The notes under the pieces are model-generated. The model saw nothing but the letters and a program-made list of their open reading frames with translations. It was not told the DNA's origin and made no database searches. A stretch of DNA of 64,000 nucleotides from Paragordius varius (lineage: Eukaryota > Animalia > Nematomorpha): the NCBI GenBank assembly GCA_964247055.1, contig OZ176056.1, forward strand, positions 1,674,001-1,738,000. The letters run 5' to 3'. The first letter of the stretch is position 1, and every line of letters starts with the position of its first letter. Shown here one piece after another: positions 13,106 through 28,900 of this stretch. The position numbers and the translations under genes were made by a program.

Positions 13106-14116
13106 TTTCAACCAGAATGGAGCTATAAATATAACAAAAATTATCAAACCGCGCTAAATATCCAAGTGTACCAGCCCTGCTTTGAAGTATTTCTAAATAA
13201 CATTTCTTATTATGAAAAAATTTACTCTGAATTAAAATAATTTACACCTGTAAAATTTGGATTGTGCAGGAGTTAACTTCTTAATATTAGCCATGCGTTT
13301 CACTCATATTTAGGCGTTTTAGAAAAAAACTGTCCGCTCTAATTTTTATATCTAATATAGTACGATTGAAATATTGGATTTTTTCTTCAATGAACAATAT
13401 TAATATTAAATATTTTATGTTAAAAAATAATTTCATATCATAGTTGAATATTTATTTTTTGTACCATGAAACCATTTTTTATGACATAAAAATAGTAATG
13501 TCAAAGGCTTAGTTATACACAAGCAAGTCAGGTACTAGAGATATCTTATTTTAATATAAAAAGCTGTTAAATTGTTTCAACTATAAAAGTATATATAAAT
13601 AAATATAAATTATATCCTTGAAATGGGATTTACCAGGATTAAGTCAACGATAAATATATATGTTTTATACATAAATTTATCGTAATCTGTTTAAACAATG
13701 TTTTATGTGTGAAATTTTTTTAAGACACAAAAAAAGTTTTTTTAATTTCCGACAATCCGTATATTTTTACAATATAACATACAGTATAAAATTGAATACG
13801 GACGAAACATAAATATATCAATACAAAAATTTTTTCCAAAGTTGTACTTTTTTAAACTTGTTTGTTTAAATATAACTTATTTTTTTAATTGAAAATAAAA
13901 TAGAAATCTATTTTATTTACAATCAATTTTATATTATGTACGAAAAATTAAGGTTTAATAAAGTATGGTTGTCTTTTGAAAATTCCTTATAATATTACGT
14001 TTTGTCCGTGTGATTATTATTTCCAACTTCACTATTTTTTAATTCAAATAGTTAAAGGACAACTAAGTTAAGTTTTTAAATTGTTTATAGTAAAAAAAGC
14101 CGACAAACTTTTAAAA

Positions 14117-14141
14117 CTATATATATATATATATATATATA
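14117..14141. repeat. (TA)n microsatellite
   Basis: Pure TA run; similar runs near 7606, 14334, 33390, 33820 and 50668. Confidence 0.9.
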
Positions 14142-16995
14142 TTCATGCTTGATTAAATTTTTTTCTAATTATAGTACTATCATTTTTTATGGTTTCTTTA
14201 TATCCTATATATTCCGACTTTTTACATCATAAATGTTTTTTATTTTAAATTTTTTACTTTTTAGAGATTTTATCTTTCTGCCATTTTTTATGACTATATA
14301 AAAATTCCATTTTAATTGTAATAGTATTCCGATATATATATATATATATATACATATACTGTCAAAAAAAATTTAAAATAATTTTTCATGAGATAGCTTA
14401 TGACCAGCATATTCATTTGCCGTACAATTTTTTATTTGTTTACGACCTATATTTTAAAATATTGAGGGAAAATCGAAATCGGTTAAAAAGTAAAAATTAA
14501 GAATAAAAATAATGATAAAAATTGAGATATTACGGTTTATTATCATTTGAGGAGATATTTTCAATATATAAATAGCCTAAATTTTTTTACTTAGGGTTTT
14601 TTTAAAACCTCATATTTATATTAATTAATTTTAAGCTTTACATTTCATATTTTAATATTAACTTTTTACCAATCTAATTGACGGAAAATTTTAGAATATA
14701 TCCGAAATTGGTGACAAAGTTTACTTTCCTGTTAAAATTTATTTCCAAAAATTTTGAAACACAAAAAGAGAGAATAAATAGGTCCTAAAAATATGCTAAT
14801 ATGTTGTTTTTAGTAATTTTTAAGTTAAAAATTTTATTTTAATTTTTTTTGAATCCTTTAATTTTGTTTGTCTGACAATCGGCTATTGACTAATATAATT
14901 CAAATTTTTGAAATTAAAACTGTTTTTTTTTAGAAAATTTATCAACCAACCATTTTTTGTAATCTTTATATAAAAGTATCTTAATGTTTCGAAATTTTTC
15001 CATTATAAATCATTCTTATATTCTATTGTTGTTCTTGATATCATATTTCATTTACATATCATTTCATACATATTGTTAACATTTTATTGGAAAAATATTA
15101 TTTTTTGTTCAGTTTTAATACAAACAAACTAGAGAACTCTCTTCCCAAAATTAATTGAGATTTATGATTTCATTGGAATACACATATATTACATATTGTA
15201 ATCATAAAAACCAATATTCTGTGGTTTATATAAAAAATTTTCAGCAACTATAATGCTTGGAATTTTTATTTGGAATATTTGTAAGAAAAATTTTTTTTCC
15301 TATGTCGATTTCTAAGAAATAATATAGACACAGAGACAGCGAGAAAAACATATATATTTGTATTAACAAATAATAATAATCAATAAAACAAAAATTTTAG
15401 CGTGTTAAATAGATAACTAGGCTTTATTTCGCATTCAAAATTTGCTTAAAAATATATATATATATCATTCCGCTAAGCTGTTGTGTTATTCTATATTTTT
15501 AAGTATGATAGATATATGTTCAATAAAATTATTATTACTTTTTTTGTTATATCTGCGAAAAATATTACATTATTTTTTAGATATTTATTTATTCATATTG
15601 AAAATAGCTTATTATTGTATGCCTCTATTAGTTAAAAGTGTGCTTAATAATGTACATTGCGTAGTTATATTGTTTTAATATTAAGTATTTTTGTAAAAAT
15701 CCAATAACTCTATATAAATTTCTATTCCAGTTTAAATCTCAAATATTTTTTAAAAATTTCATGCCAGAATTTTTTATTTTAATACATTCCATGTGATTTC
15801 AATATTTTTTGGAAATTCTGAACATACATCCTTTTAACACATCATGTGGTTTTATTCGAAAACGGATATATATTAAATAAATTCTTGCAAGTATATTTGA
15901 TTATTCTTTAGGTATTATCATAAGTCATTTAATATAAAATTGTCCTTTTTAGCTATTAGAATTATGGTGTCCTAAACCAATTTTCGATATAAAAATTAAA
16001 AATGTAAATAATTAAATATAATAATTTCAAAAGTTAAGTTTTGTAAGTTTAAAAAAGTCTTATATACCCAGGCAAAGCTGTAATGATATTTAAAATCGCT
16101 TTAAATACCTTTGATATAAGTTTTTGTTCTAAAATTTTTAATATATATTAAAATAAAAATCTACTCGACCGGTTTTTTATGATAAAATATATAGCCTTAT
16201 ATATTATGTTAGACATTGTTAATATAATAAAATGTGTGGCATATTAGATATTTAACGTCATTTTTGTCCCCAAATGTGGCATGCTGGATATGGACAAAAT
16301 AATTTTTTAACAATTTATCTCATATAACATTAATTTCATATTAATATTCCGCTTGCGCATACTTATAAAACTATCTAAAAAGTCTGTAAAATAATGTCAT
16401 ATCTCGATTATAGCTAATATAGCTACATTGAAAATATAAGTTTTGAAAAAAATAGCATTTGTCAATGTGGAATATTTTAAGGGATTATCGGGTTAAAATG
16501 CGTCATCGAACTATCATATTTGTTGAAAATGAGTTATGATTTTGGCATCTATATAATATCAAATACTTATATTTGCTTATTACACCTCAATATAAATTCT
16601 AAGTTTATATTTAGGCTCATTATATTAACTATATATAACATGGATGAAATATATTTTAGCCTTGTGATCTAGAGTTTTGTGTCTAATGAAAATTTATAGG
16701 TCAAACCTTTAATTTATGATCAATATAATTTTTAGAGCCGTTCATTTAAACTTAAATCGTGACATTTTTATTTTAACAATTTTAATGGCTAAATCTGTAG
16801 AGTCCATATATAAAAATTGTCAAAACTTGATACCCTATCTATCTATAAAGTTTCAGGATTCTTTTCAAATAGTCGAATATATAATATTAACAGACTTAAA
16901 TTCAAAAAATAATATCTAAAAAACTCTAGGATTATAATTTTTTATAGCTCTATATATTCACTTTTTACTTATTTATATTTTATATCCGTATTTAG

Positions 16996-19900
16996 CCTGC
17001 TTCGATTTCAATATTCCCCAATGACAAACAGAAACGTTCCTCTCAATCCCAATATGGGAGGACGACCAACACAGAAAAAAGTACTACGACAAGCTCAACA
17101 AACGATTTAACATCCACACTTTACGACGATAATAATTTCAATAGCAATAATGATTATTATATTTATACTGGGCCAACAGAGTCCGAAAAAGATGTAAATC
17201 CACCGCCGCTAGAAGAAGTAATTCGTAATAATTCTTTCTCTGTTTTAACCGAAGCAAAAAAAACAGAAGGTTTGCTGTCTTTGTCTATGGAAAAACCGCA
17301 ATCTTCCGATTCAATCGCGACGCATACTACTGAAGAAACCTATAAACCGACCAAGTCAAATGCTGTCAAAAGTTTAGTTCAACGAGAGTTGGCAGCCCGA
17401 CGCCGTATAAGTAGTGGTGGAAGTTTAAGTGACCTTAAAAATCTCCATTTATCTGCCGCCTCAGGTTCTTCTGGGTCAGCTGCTGCTCTTAAACCTGGTG
17501 GCGGGACGGGGCATATAAAACCTACGAAAAAAACGCCTTTTGATGATACTTTAACCGCTCTAAAATTAAAAACAGCTGATGATATCATAGATGATTTTGA
17601 TGACATTTTGGGCGGACAAAAGGCTAAAGTTGTCGGAGGAATTGTGGTTACTAAACATGGCGGAGCCAAAAATATGGCGGCGGGAACAGGTCTTAGAAAG
17701 CCTAGTCGAACCACAGCAAATGCGCAATCATCGGCTTCAACCGAAGACCGGGTCGCTAGTTGGGCCGTTTCCTTCGATAACCTGTTGAAGGATCCAATTG
17801 GTATTAAAGTTTTTGAGGTATTACACATTCATTTATATATATATTCATTTACAACATTTGACTTCACATATTATGAAAATAGTATTAAAAAGTTAAGTTG
17901 GTTACCAAAATTTTAAGATAGGCGCGCTATCAGTGATTAACGAAGTCAAATATTTATGTCTAATCGATATGTACATGTGATCCAAAATAATTTTTACCCA
18001 AACTTTTAATGATTTATAGGGTTATTAAAGGGAAAATCTATTAATTCTCAGAATACTTTTTGTGACTTAAAAAGATATTCTGCAAAACCTTAATATCTAA
18101 AGCGATTTCCATTTTTTGTAATGCAAGCAAAAAAATTAGATCCTTAAACGTGTGTTGTTGCAACGAAAAAAAATCAATATCTTTTAATTAATATGGTCGT
18201 ACATTTATAAGAAAAGGGACAATTTTTTGTTGAATTAATATATGATATAAAAGAGAGACAATTTGACTCAAAAATATGCCAGTCGTTTTGCATTTTGGAA
18301 TATTTTAGATAGATTAAATGGTCTTGTATGTATTATAAAACGTCGTTTGTAAGTCAAAAAGCATATATATATATATATATCACCAAATTAAGATATGTAA
18401 CAGATTTTTCGTAATTCCGTGTCCTAAAAATACCCTAACAAATAAAGTTTGTTTATAAAGCCAGGGGCAATAATGTTCTTGATTTATGTTAATAGATCTG
18501 GCAAGATATGCTTGATGTACGAGTTTTTGTAAAATAATTATTTGTTGATTAAATCAAGATTCGTCCTACTGCGCGATATTTTTGTATTGGTATGGATCAC
18601 GATATAGTGTAAATAGATGCTTAAATAAATCTAACTATATAAAATGTTTCGTAGAAGGTTTCTGGCAACATTAATTCTATTATCTAATGATGAAATCTCT
18701 CTTTTGTATTGTTTCAAATTTTCGTTTATTATAAACTATTAATGGTCACATCTTTTAGATAAGGCTTTCCTCCTTTTTAATACTAATATCATGGAATGAT
18801 TTTTCATATATTTGGTTATCTGTTTACTATAAAGGATTCGAGCCATTTGTAATTATACTGAACTATTAAAATTCGTGTGAGAAAACACTAACATATTTAA
18901 ATTAAGGTGTGGCGGTTAAATTTGAAAAAATAAATCATTATTTCATATTTTACCAAAATCAAAAAATCGCAATTTACACGCTTGTTTTGATATTAACTTC
19001 AATATGTACTATTAGATTGATAAATATATAATAGTACTTAACAAAATTTATTTTTCAAAAGCGAAAAATAAATAAAAAAATCAACGTTACCAAATTGGTT
19101 AAATATAATTTTGCATTGTTTAGTTTAAATTACAAATGTTTTTTAAAAGTAAACAAAAAACTTTACACACATACATGGATATGTGTTGTCTTAAATTTAA
19201 ACCAAAAAAGTGTGTTTTAAAAATTACAGTTTAACAAAAAAGCAACCGTTAAAGGCTAATAAGATTTTATTGTTTCCTATATGTCTATATTCCTATCAAA
19301 ATATTTGCAATTCGTTAGTTTCTAACATTCTTAGCTATTTATTACAAAACAAAAAATGTCTCAAAATAGTTAAGCATTTACACAATCACTTATATAGAAT
19401 TTATTATTGTTATATTATTGCCAATCTACAATACTATGTTTGTGCTTTATTTGCACTGTTCAATCATAAATCTATTAAGTTCGTATATATTATTTGTAGT
19501 TAAGATGAAATTGTTGTAAATATGATTTGGATTTATATTCAAAAGCTATAAAAAATATTGATTTTTTAAGTGGTAGAAAAATCATCTTGTGGTTATTGGA
19601 TATATTTATCATATTATATTATTAACTCATCAATATCAATACAAAACCATCTTACACACATTATAAATATATAGATTACACAGTTATTATTTATTAGTTT
19701 GCGCAAAAATCTACTGAAAAAAAGCTTTATCGTTCCTTTTGAGAAATAAACGTTTGTATTGTCTAAAATGTAAGGTTATTTAGAGAATTTGGAATGAATT
19801 GAAATGTTTTTTAAAATTTATAACCAAAATTAAACTATCTCCCTTTCAAATTTAAAACTTTATTGTTTGAATTCAGTTTTATCATACACTATCATCCTAA

Positions 19901-22900
19901 ACTTAGGGGGTGTTTGAATATTATTTCAGAATTTCGTTTTGTTTTCCTATAAAGCCTATGTCCAAATAGTATATAAAAGTAGGACAACATATGAATACTA
20001 ATATTATATAATTTATTAATTTTATTGTACACTAAAAAATAGGAAAAAAGGTAGTAAGTATAGTCATAACCTTGAAAAATAAAATAAATTTATTGCTTTT
20101 TTCTAAAATAAAATGGAATTGAATGGAATGGAATCGTTTTTTAAATTAATGTTTTATTGTTATTGATTATATTAATAATATTATTACATTTTTATTGAAG
20201 CTTTTAACCGTACAAATAATTATAAAGATCAAAGGAATCAATGATATAAATAAGCTTTTATGTTATCAAAAAAACATTAATGAACATTGTTAGCTATTAA
20301 ATATTTTGCATAACCATCTCATATATTTTTAATATAATTTAAGTTAATAATTTTTTATTTAATTGCAAATAAAATAAAGACCTTTTTTCTAATAATTTTT
20401 TTGTGGTTTTATTTATAAAGATAAACCTTTTAAATGATATAATAGTAAATTTTAGCGGTTATAATTGAAAAGTTAGAATACAAAAAATAGATAAATGGTC
20501 CGGACCAATTACTTAGAATAGTTGAATATTATACTCTTTATTTATTTTTTATGATCAATGCTCAAAAATTTGTTAAAATTAAATGCCAATTTTTTGTTTA
20601 CAATAGCATATGGTTAAAAACAACAATAAGTTACAATTAAACAATTTTCCCCTTTTAACATTAATAATATTTTTGATTTAGTTATGGCCATTTTGCTTAC
20701 TTTATATGCCAAGTTAAATCAAGAGATTAATCTAATTGTTTAACTTCTCTAGAAATTTTATTAAATTATGTAATATTATTACTTGTAGCCTTTCTTGGTT
20801 CTTTTTTCGTCTATTTTTCTAAATTTTATTATCATTTTTAGATATTGTTAAACTATTTAATATTCTAACCTAATTTTCTAGTTACTCTTTACAATAATTC
20901 ACTCTTTATGAATTAATTTGGTCATTGTAATCAAACATTCCAAATCTACAATTTAAAAGAGTTATTTATGTGCATATATTTTTGAGTGATCAACTTTCTG
21001 ATTTATATGTGTCTGGGAATTTGTAAATAAAGTAACTTTTTTGTCATGAGACGCATTAACTATGTTTTAATATCTTGATAAGTATTGACATCGATTTTTT
21101 TGTTGTGTTTTTGAATTCTTATATATCAGTGGTTCTCAACCTTTTGATGTTCAGAAATTTAGGAAAATATTCCCCCCCCCTCTTAAAAAACAAGGAAAAA
21201 TATGAATTTTTTTCATTTTATTATAAAAATCGTAATCAATGAGATTTATTGTATTTGCAATAATTGAAAACTTTTTTCCATATCGGGAACAAATTTTAAT
21301 AATTACCACCTTAAATCCTCCTTTTGTTTATAGTTATATCTTTTATAATTGATTTTTCAGGAACCTTTGTTCTATGTAATATTTATTTTGGGTTTATAAA
21401 ATAATCCGAGTTTCCTACCTAACCATCTAAAAAATTAATGTTCATAATGACAAAATAGTGTTTTTATTACCCAATAAGGCCACCATTTTTCCATTTTCGC
21501 CTTGAGAACTCTTGCGCTGAAAACATATGAATAAAATTATTTTTAATAAATTTTTATAGAGTAATGAGCACTATTATAGGTCATAACTGTATCTTAATGG
21601 TTAAAAGGGGATTTAATGGACATGTAGCAACGTGCAATATTTTTAATTTATACCGTGTTGAATTGAATATTAGACTAAACTAAAAAATATCATTTACAAA
21701 GATGTGAATTATATACGCTTTAATAATTTAAAACACTCCAATAAATATTTTTTAAATATATAAATTTTTCCAATAGCATGTTTGATTTAGGGTAAAAAAC
21801 AAAGTTGAATTTTTCTATATATTTTCACTGCAAAAATGTTAGTCAACAATATGTAGATCTTGATAAAATAATTTTTTACCAGTTTAAATAATAATATCAT
21901 GTATTTGTTATGGCAATTATAACGGGGAAAAATTTAAACCTACCAATAGGTTTTATGTGAATTAATTCGATTCTATAAAATCATTTGAAAAGTGCTGCCG
22001 CAATATTTATATAAAATTTTTTATATAATTTTTATTATAGTTACTGAATTTTTTGTAAATTTTTAAAGTTTAATGCCTTTAGGACCCTTAATTTTGTCCC
22101 ACTTATATTTAATTAATTCATGTGTATTATTCAGGATTTCCTCATCAAAGAATACAGTGACGAAAATATCAAATTTTGGAAGGATTGTCAAAAGCTTACT
22201 GAGAATTCGGCAAATGTATTTTTTTAATTTTTCTTATACTTCTTATGATTTTGTTAAAAATATTTAATCTAAAATAATTCTTTACACATTCTTAAAATAG
22301 AAATTTTGACTTAATAAAAAAGTGTATTTTGTGTTTTTTTTTCAAAAAATGCATTTATTTTTAATTTATGTGGTTAGATAAAAAAAAATTTAATTTTTTT
22401 ATTGCTTTTATATTATCTTTATTTTTTTACCATTTTAATTTTGGTCATTTTTTTCTATGTGAAAAATTCCTTTGTAAATTCTCATTAAAATCTCTAGAGA
22501 CAAAATCCAAACAAATAATTACATTTCAAACAAAATATTTTGATTGATTGGAAAAACTACTACTAAAGACTGTTTTTAGCTTTTGATAACTACTTGTACA
22601 ATAAATTTTTTAAAATAATTTACAGTAAAAATTTAATTTATACGGACAAAACGTAAAAACATTAAAGATAAAGACAACCACACTTTTTGAACCATAATTT
22701 TCCTACATAAATTATTTAATTAAAATAATGTGTAAAAATATACGTCTTTATTTCGTAATTTTCAATTGCATGAGTTAGTTATAGTTAAAAAATGTGTTTA
22801 AAAAAGTACAGCGTTTTTTTGTAAAAAATATTTGCCTTTATATATTTACGTTTTGTCCGTGCAATTTTTTTGTACTTTTTTGTTGTTTTTTAGCTTTTAT

Positions 22901-25900
22901 AAACTTGTGTTATATAAATATTTTATCAATTTATATTAGTTTAATTCTTTCAATTTAGTGTTCTTTTGTATGGTTTTTTTAACTTTAATAAAATTGTACA
23001 CAAAAATTTTTCAATTAATTTACATTACTTTCTTTCAATTTACTGTTCTTTTGCGATTTTTTTAACTTTTTATAAACTTGTATAAAATCAAATTTGTATT
23101 AAATAATTTACTTTAATTTTCATGGTTTTTTTAGTGTGAAAAGCAAGGTGAGCACATTTACGAACAATATATAGCGGATAACGCGCCCTACCCCGTAAAT
23201 ATAAATGATTGCAGTCGACAAGCTATTATCGATCGGTTTAAGGCACGTGAAGATCAACCAATCGAGAATTGGCGCGAATTGTTTGAGATTGCGGAAACTC
23301 AAATTTTTAACCTTATGAAATATGATAGTTATGCAAGGTTATAATACATGCATATGCAGATTACATTGGTTTTTATATATTTTTCCTCAAAAATGTATAA
23401 AATTGTAATATTTTTATAAAATATAATTCTGAAACCAAGTCAAAATAGCCAGAATTGGTTTGTTTGTTTAATTTTTAAGTGATTTTGTCGCTTGTAAAAA
23501 TGCGGAAACCGGAACCGATTTATGTGGGACATTACACAATTATCAATTGTTTTTATAGGAAGAAAATTTTTTAAATAGGTGTATTTTTATCGTATTTAAA
23601 AATCTTTGAATATAGAACTATAAAAATTGATATTAAACTTAATGAAAAAGAAACAAAACGACAAATTTAAGATAATATTATTTAATGTGTTGCCTACATC
23701 TCTTACTATAAAATATTGGATCTTTGTTGAAATTATTATTATTCAACAAATTTTACTGTTTATAAGCATAAAACTCATAATCGAACACGGATCCAGTTTC
23801 GAGTCTCAATCTAGCAAGACTTTATATTTTTTATAATCTACAAAAAAGAGTCAAGTACCGTTTATTTTTGATGTACCCAAAAAAATTTAAGTGTTCTAGA
23901 ACTGTATTAAAGTATATAAAATATGATCAAATTTAAGCCCTTAAATAATAAATGCCAATTAACCAAATATGGATTTTTAATAGGTTTATCAAATCTGATG
24001 CATATAAGAATTGCTTGTTAAATGAACTGGAAAAGAAAACGCATATTGATACCTTTACTGATAAAAATAAGGATGCGTCCAACAAAGCTGCAGACGAATT
24101 CTCCAAAAAATGGAAGGCTAATCTTTTTTTCACAAAAAGTAAATTCTATTTTATTTCTGAAATGATTAGTTATTAATATTTAAAATATGTTAGGTTTTTT
24201 GGGATATTATTTGAAATAAGCCTTAATTTTGTTTGGATTACTTGGAATCGGTATGCCTATATACTAACTTTTTTACATGAAGTAATCTTATAAGGTGTAT
24301 AATTACTTATTAAAAAGCTATAAAGTGAGTTAGTTAATAAGAAAAAATAATGAAATAAAAATAGGATGTATGTAAAAATATACCAGTAGTTAACTTTTTT
24401 ATAAATTTATTTTTATAATTCCAATTTTTACTTTATCATATTCTGTATGTGCAAAAACATAGCTAAATTAGATAATTTGCTTATGGGAGCCCTGAGTAAA
24501 GGAGGTAATATCCTTATGATGCCTTCGGATAGTTCAGGCGAACCCACTGCCAAAATACGAGAAAAGCTTGGTGAGGACAATGTTAAAAAACGCCGACAGG
24601 GTATCTTTGAAGAAGGAACTCAAAAAAGCCCAACAACCGCTAAACCCTGGGCCACCCCCATTGAAATTTTAGCGGAAGGTGGCGGTTCAACACTCATAGC
24701 GGAAGAATCGTTAGAAACTTTCCCCAACACTCTAACGTCGTCTTCTACTACAAAGGGCGCTAATCAAAGGCATTATTCTTTCTCGGTAAACTCATTGCTA
24801 CAATTTTAACTGTTACGAAATTTCGCCTTTTTTATTTTATAAGATCACTCATATTTTTGTCTTATTTGATAAAATAAAAAAATAAAAATTGTTTTAATTT
24901 CCCCTTATTTAGTTGATTTTTGTGCATACCTTAAAATTTATTCTTTATAGGAGGAACAAAATAAATTAGGCCATGCATTGGGGCCAAAACCAAAAGGTGG
25001 TCCGATGCATATACCATCATCCATAACTCCTGAACCACATATGGGAAAAAAGGCTCATCATATGAAACCACCAGGAGAATCTCAAAAAACGACCGCACAC
25101 AAAGCCCAACAAGATCAATTATCATCCACTTTGCATAAAGTTGCTTCTACCAGTGCCCTGAAAGATGACTTAAACAACAGTAATAACCTTAATAAAAAAC
25201 ATAATGCACCATCGTCCCCTTCAACAGAATTTACGGGCTTAGATACATTCTTACTAAGTTATTACACCATCCTGGACATTCTAGGTGCTAATAAACCCAT
25301 CATTGATGCGATAGAGGAAAGTCGAGCTCTAGGCAAAATGGGAGGTGGTGGGACTTCACCCATGTTTACAATCGATCGAACTATTGTCCATATTTTTGTC
25401 ACGTCTGGTCTCACTTTTACTTCAACTTCAACAAATAACCCCAATGATGACAATAGGAAACAAAGTATACCTCAAGATAAAAAGCATTCAAATTTACCGA
25501 CAAACATTCCCCCTTCGTCTGAGTCGAGTAATATAATTCCCTCATCTAACACTAAACTGGAAAATGAAGATCCCAATGTTATCGATACTCAAACTATGCC
25601 CCCAATGATTAAAACTAAGCAAATTGAATTCCTCATATTCCCTAAGAAACAATACTACAGTGCAGGTGCAAACAAAAGTCTTAGCAACGCAAAAAATGCC
25701 AACAAAAGCAATCCTGAAGCTCTTCCCGATTCCATCAGCATTAAACGTATGTTAACTCATTTATGTCGACTCAAACATCTCAATTTCAGTGCTGTCGATG
25801 TGTATTTAACTCCGGCCCCGGTTCCATCCACTTCGGGCCGACAAACGCATAATAATACTTCCAATGTGCCAAAACGTGATGTATTTATTATGTTAAATTA

Positions 25901-28900
25901 TCTTAATTAGTTTTGTTTTGTCTACCTTTAAAATTTAATATTTTTACATAAAGTGAACAGATACGGTGAAAATTTTAATTATAGTGTGTAACATTCTTTT
26001 GTAAATACAGCAGGCTTATTTTTATATGTTTTTTCTAACCCATTGTTTTGGGTTGAAAAATAAGGGGGATGTAGATGTAAATTGGCATTACACTCAATTA
26101 AATATTTTACAAAGGTTATATCATTTAGGTTTGAAAAGTTAATCAAAAATTTGTTTTCAAACTATTAATCTTTAATTTTTACATTATATTTTTTAAAGTT
26201 TACCAGTAATTCTCCAACGTAATATGTGTCATGACTTTAAAATCAACTTTATTTATAATAATCTAGACAATCAACATAAATGAACCATTTTACACGGTAC
26301 TCGGTAAGGATTTGTACGTTGAAAGGCGAATCATATTTGAAATTGAATTATCTATGAATGGGAAATGCATTGGGGTTAAAACAAAACCCAATAAAACGTT
26401 AGGACAAGTGCTAGACCCTATCCTGGGTTACTATAAACTTAACTTGGTGCCAGATCCAACAAAGGAACAGCCCCAAGAAGAAAAACGTGACTTATTAATT
26501 TATCGGGTAACTTTTACAGTAAAAATTGAAATTATTTCTGCATATAAAACGTAATAAATACATTTTTTTTCAAAACACAACCTTACTTTTTCAAACACAA
26601 CCATATTTTTTTCAACTAACAAGATATAAAAAATTTTATTAATTTTAAAATATATGTTAAATATTTTTACCGATTTGCATCTCTTTTTCATATTTTTCTG
26701 TTTAAAACAATAAGTTTATTTGTAACTAAATCAAGTTTCAATAATGTCAGGACTTTTGAAAACAAAATTGTATCAATATTTTTTACATTTAAAAAAAACC
26801 ATTTTATCGAACTCAAATTATCTTTAATTTATTATACCAACGGTTTTAGAAAGATGATAATAGCACATTAAATCCCGAAGATACGATCGAGAGTGTTGAC
26901 AAAAGCATTATAGTTGTAAGTTATGAGTCAAAACCTCAAAGCCCGACTGAAAGACAGAATATGGATATATCTGATACAGGTAAATTTTTTAATTAGATAA
27001 AAACAAATCTTAAAAAATGGTTAATTTACAATAATTTTTCTTAAATAATTAAGTGTGTATGTAATATAATAAGTTATGTAGAGATTTATCCCGTTTTAGT
27101 TAGATTATATTCGAAAAAAATCCTTGATTGCTGTGATCTTGAATCCATATGATAAAAAAGAATTAACAAACTAAGGTCGCTTTACAAAATATAAGATGGT
27201 TGTTTACTATATAAGCATGGATTTATATGTCTACTGTCCAAATTATCGTAGTGTGTTCTATATGCGGCTCGCCAAAAAATAGAAATCGATAATATTTAAA
27301 AAAATGTGCATAAATCTTAGCAAAATTATTATTTATTTATTGAACAATTTTATGAAAAAGTCTATATAATTGACAACGAACTAAAAAATTGATATATTGT
27401 GTTTATATTTCACATTTTTATGTTTAAAATCTGATAAATATCTATTGATGCGCATATACATTTTACAGTATCCAATTAAATTTTACGGACAAAAGTAAAA
27501 ATAAAAAGACAAACATGTTTGGTCAAAAGATTGCTGTACTTTATAAACCTTAATTTTTCCTATATAAATAATGTAATTACAATTGTAAAATACATAATTG
27601 ATTGTGTTATCCACTTACATCTTTATTTGTACTTTGCAGTTTAAAACAAGTTATACATTAACGGTTGTTTATTTCACACTATGTTTGGGCAATTTGCAAC
27701 ACAACACAGTAGTTTATGGAAAAAACAACAAAATGTTGAATAAACAATTATTTTCTTTCTTTTTTACATACACCCCTGTGTAGCAAATTACCCTACTATA
27801 GTGTAAAATCTGTATTAAAAAATAAAGGCTTTAAAAGTATGGATGTTTTTGAAAATTTGCCTTTATAATTTTGCTTTTTGTCTAATAAATGAAGCCCGGT
27901 GTTTTTTGAGCCAAAATTTTGCTCCCGAAGCCATATGTGTTTGATAGCCCGACCTCTATACCCGAAATCTTTCACTAATCCATTATTTATTTTATTTTGT
28001 TAATAAATTTTAATGGTTCCTTATTTCACACTATAGTTGGGCAATTTGCAACACAGTTAGTGGTGTATTGAAAAAAAAGGAAAATTGTTTATTGCACATT
28101 TTGTTGTTTTTTCCATACACTACGTGTTGCAAATTGCCAATTATAGTGTAAAAATAACCAACCATTAAAATGCATACTGTATTAAAAAATAAAGATTTGA
28201 AAAGTATGCTATGTTTAAAAAAAATATTGTTACTATAAAAGAAGCCCGACCTTTTTTAAGCCAAAAATACGCGCCCGAAGCCATTAGTAGGTCTCTAAAC
28301 ATGAAGCCTTTCACTTATCCATATTGATTTTATTTTCCTAAAATAAATTTGCTTAGATTTGCTAAATTCCTATTTTATAGATCAAGGCGACGAGGAAAGT
28401 AAAAAGAAAAGTAGAAAAATTGCTTCAAATCGCATGAATAAACGGTCTTCCACCTCAATCAATAATGCATCAATTATCCCTGACGGCGGCGGCAATTCTT
28501 TAACAACAAACAGTAATGTTTCAGAGACTTCTGAACACGTTAAAACAACATCAATTTCTTTGCAAAAAACGCCCCAAAATTCTTATTGTAAAACAACAAT
28601 AAAAAAATTGTCGGACGCAGAACAGATAAAAACTAGCAATAATAACCAAACTCAACATTTACACCATCAACATTCTCATCTTGAGACAGGTATGTGGGAG
28701 ATTTGCAAAATTATTTGAATTATATCAAATTTTGTGAAGAAAAATTAGTTCTTTAAGAGTAAATAGCAAAAACTGATTTTTTAAAACTTTAAATTGTCAT
28801 GTTATCATAAGTATGTGGGCCAAATCAAACTTCACTCGTCTTGGCATAAAGTATAATTTTTAAGGTTTTTTTAACATTCAATGGACTTTTGTTGACTATT

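Noticed and set aside
8582-16919. Short F/I/L/K/N/Y-rich track ORFs in intergenic DNA (also 19210, 23627, 37310, 41688, 57900, 59767)
   Set aside because: Composition matches random AT-rich sequence; no motifs and no splice-compatible context.
17379-17828. 149-aa minus-strand ORF (likewise 17591-17788, 23120-23302, 23933-24133, 24931-25125, 25262-25453, 25345-25536, 29117-29380, 53676-53900)
   Set aside because: Shadow frames of GC-richer RGS or GrpE exons with no recognisable motifs.
24117-24122. Possible GC-AG donor (AAG|GCTAAT) in RGS exon 4
   Set aside because: The GT donor at 24139 gives the phase needed by the next exon and keeps a KANLFF segment similar to RGS12.
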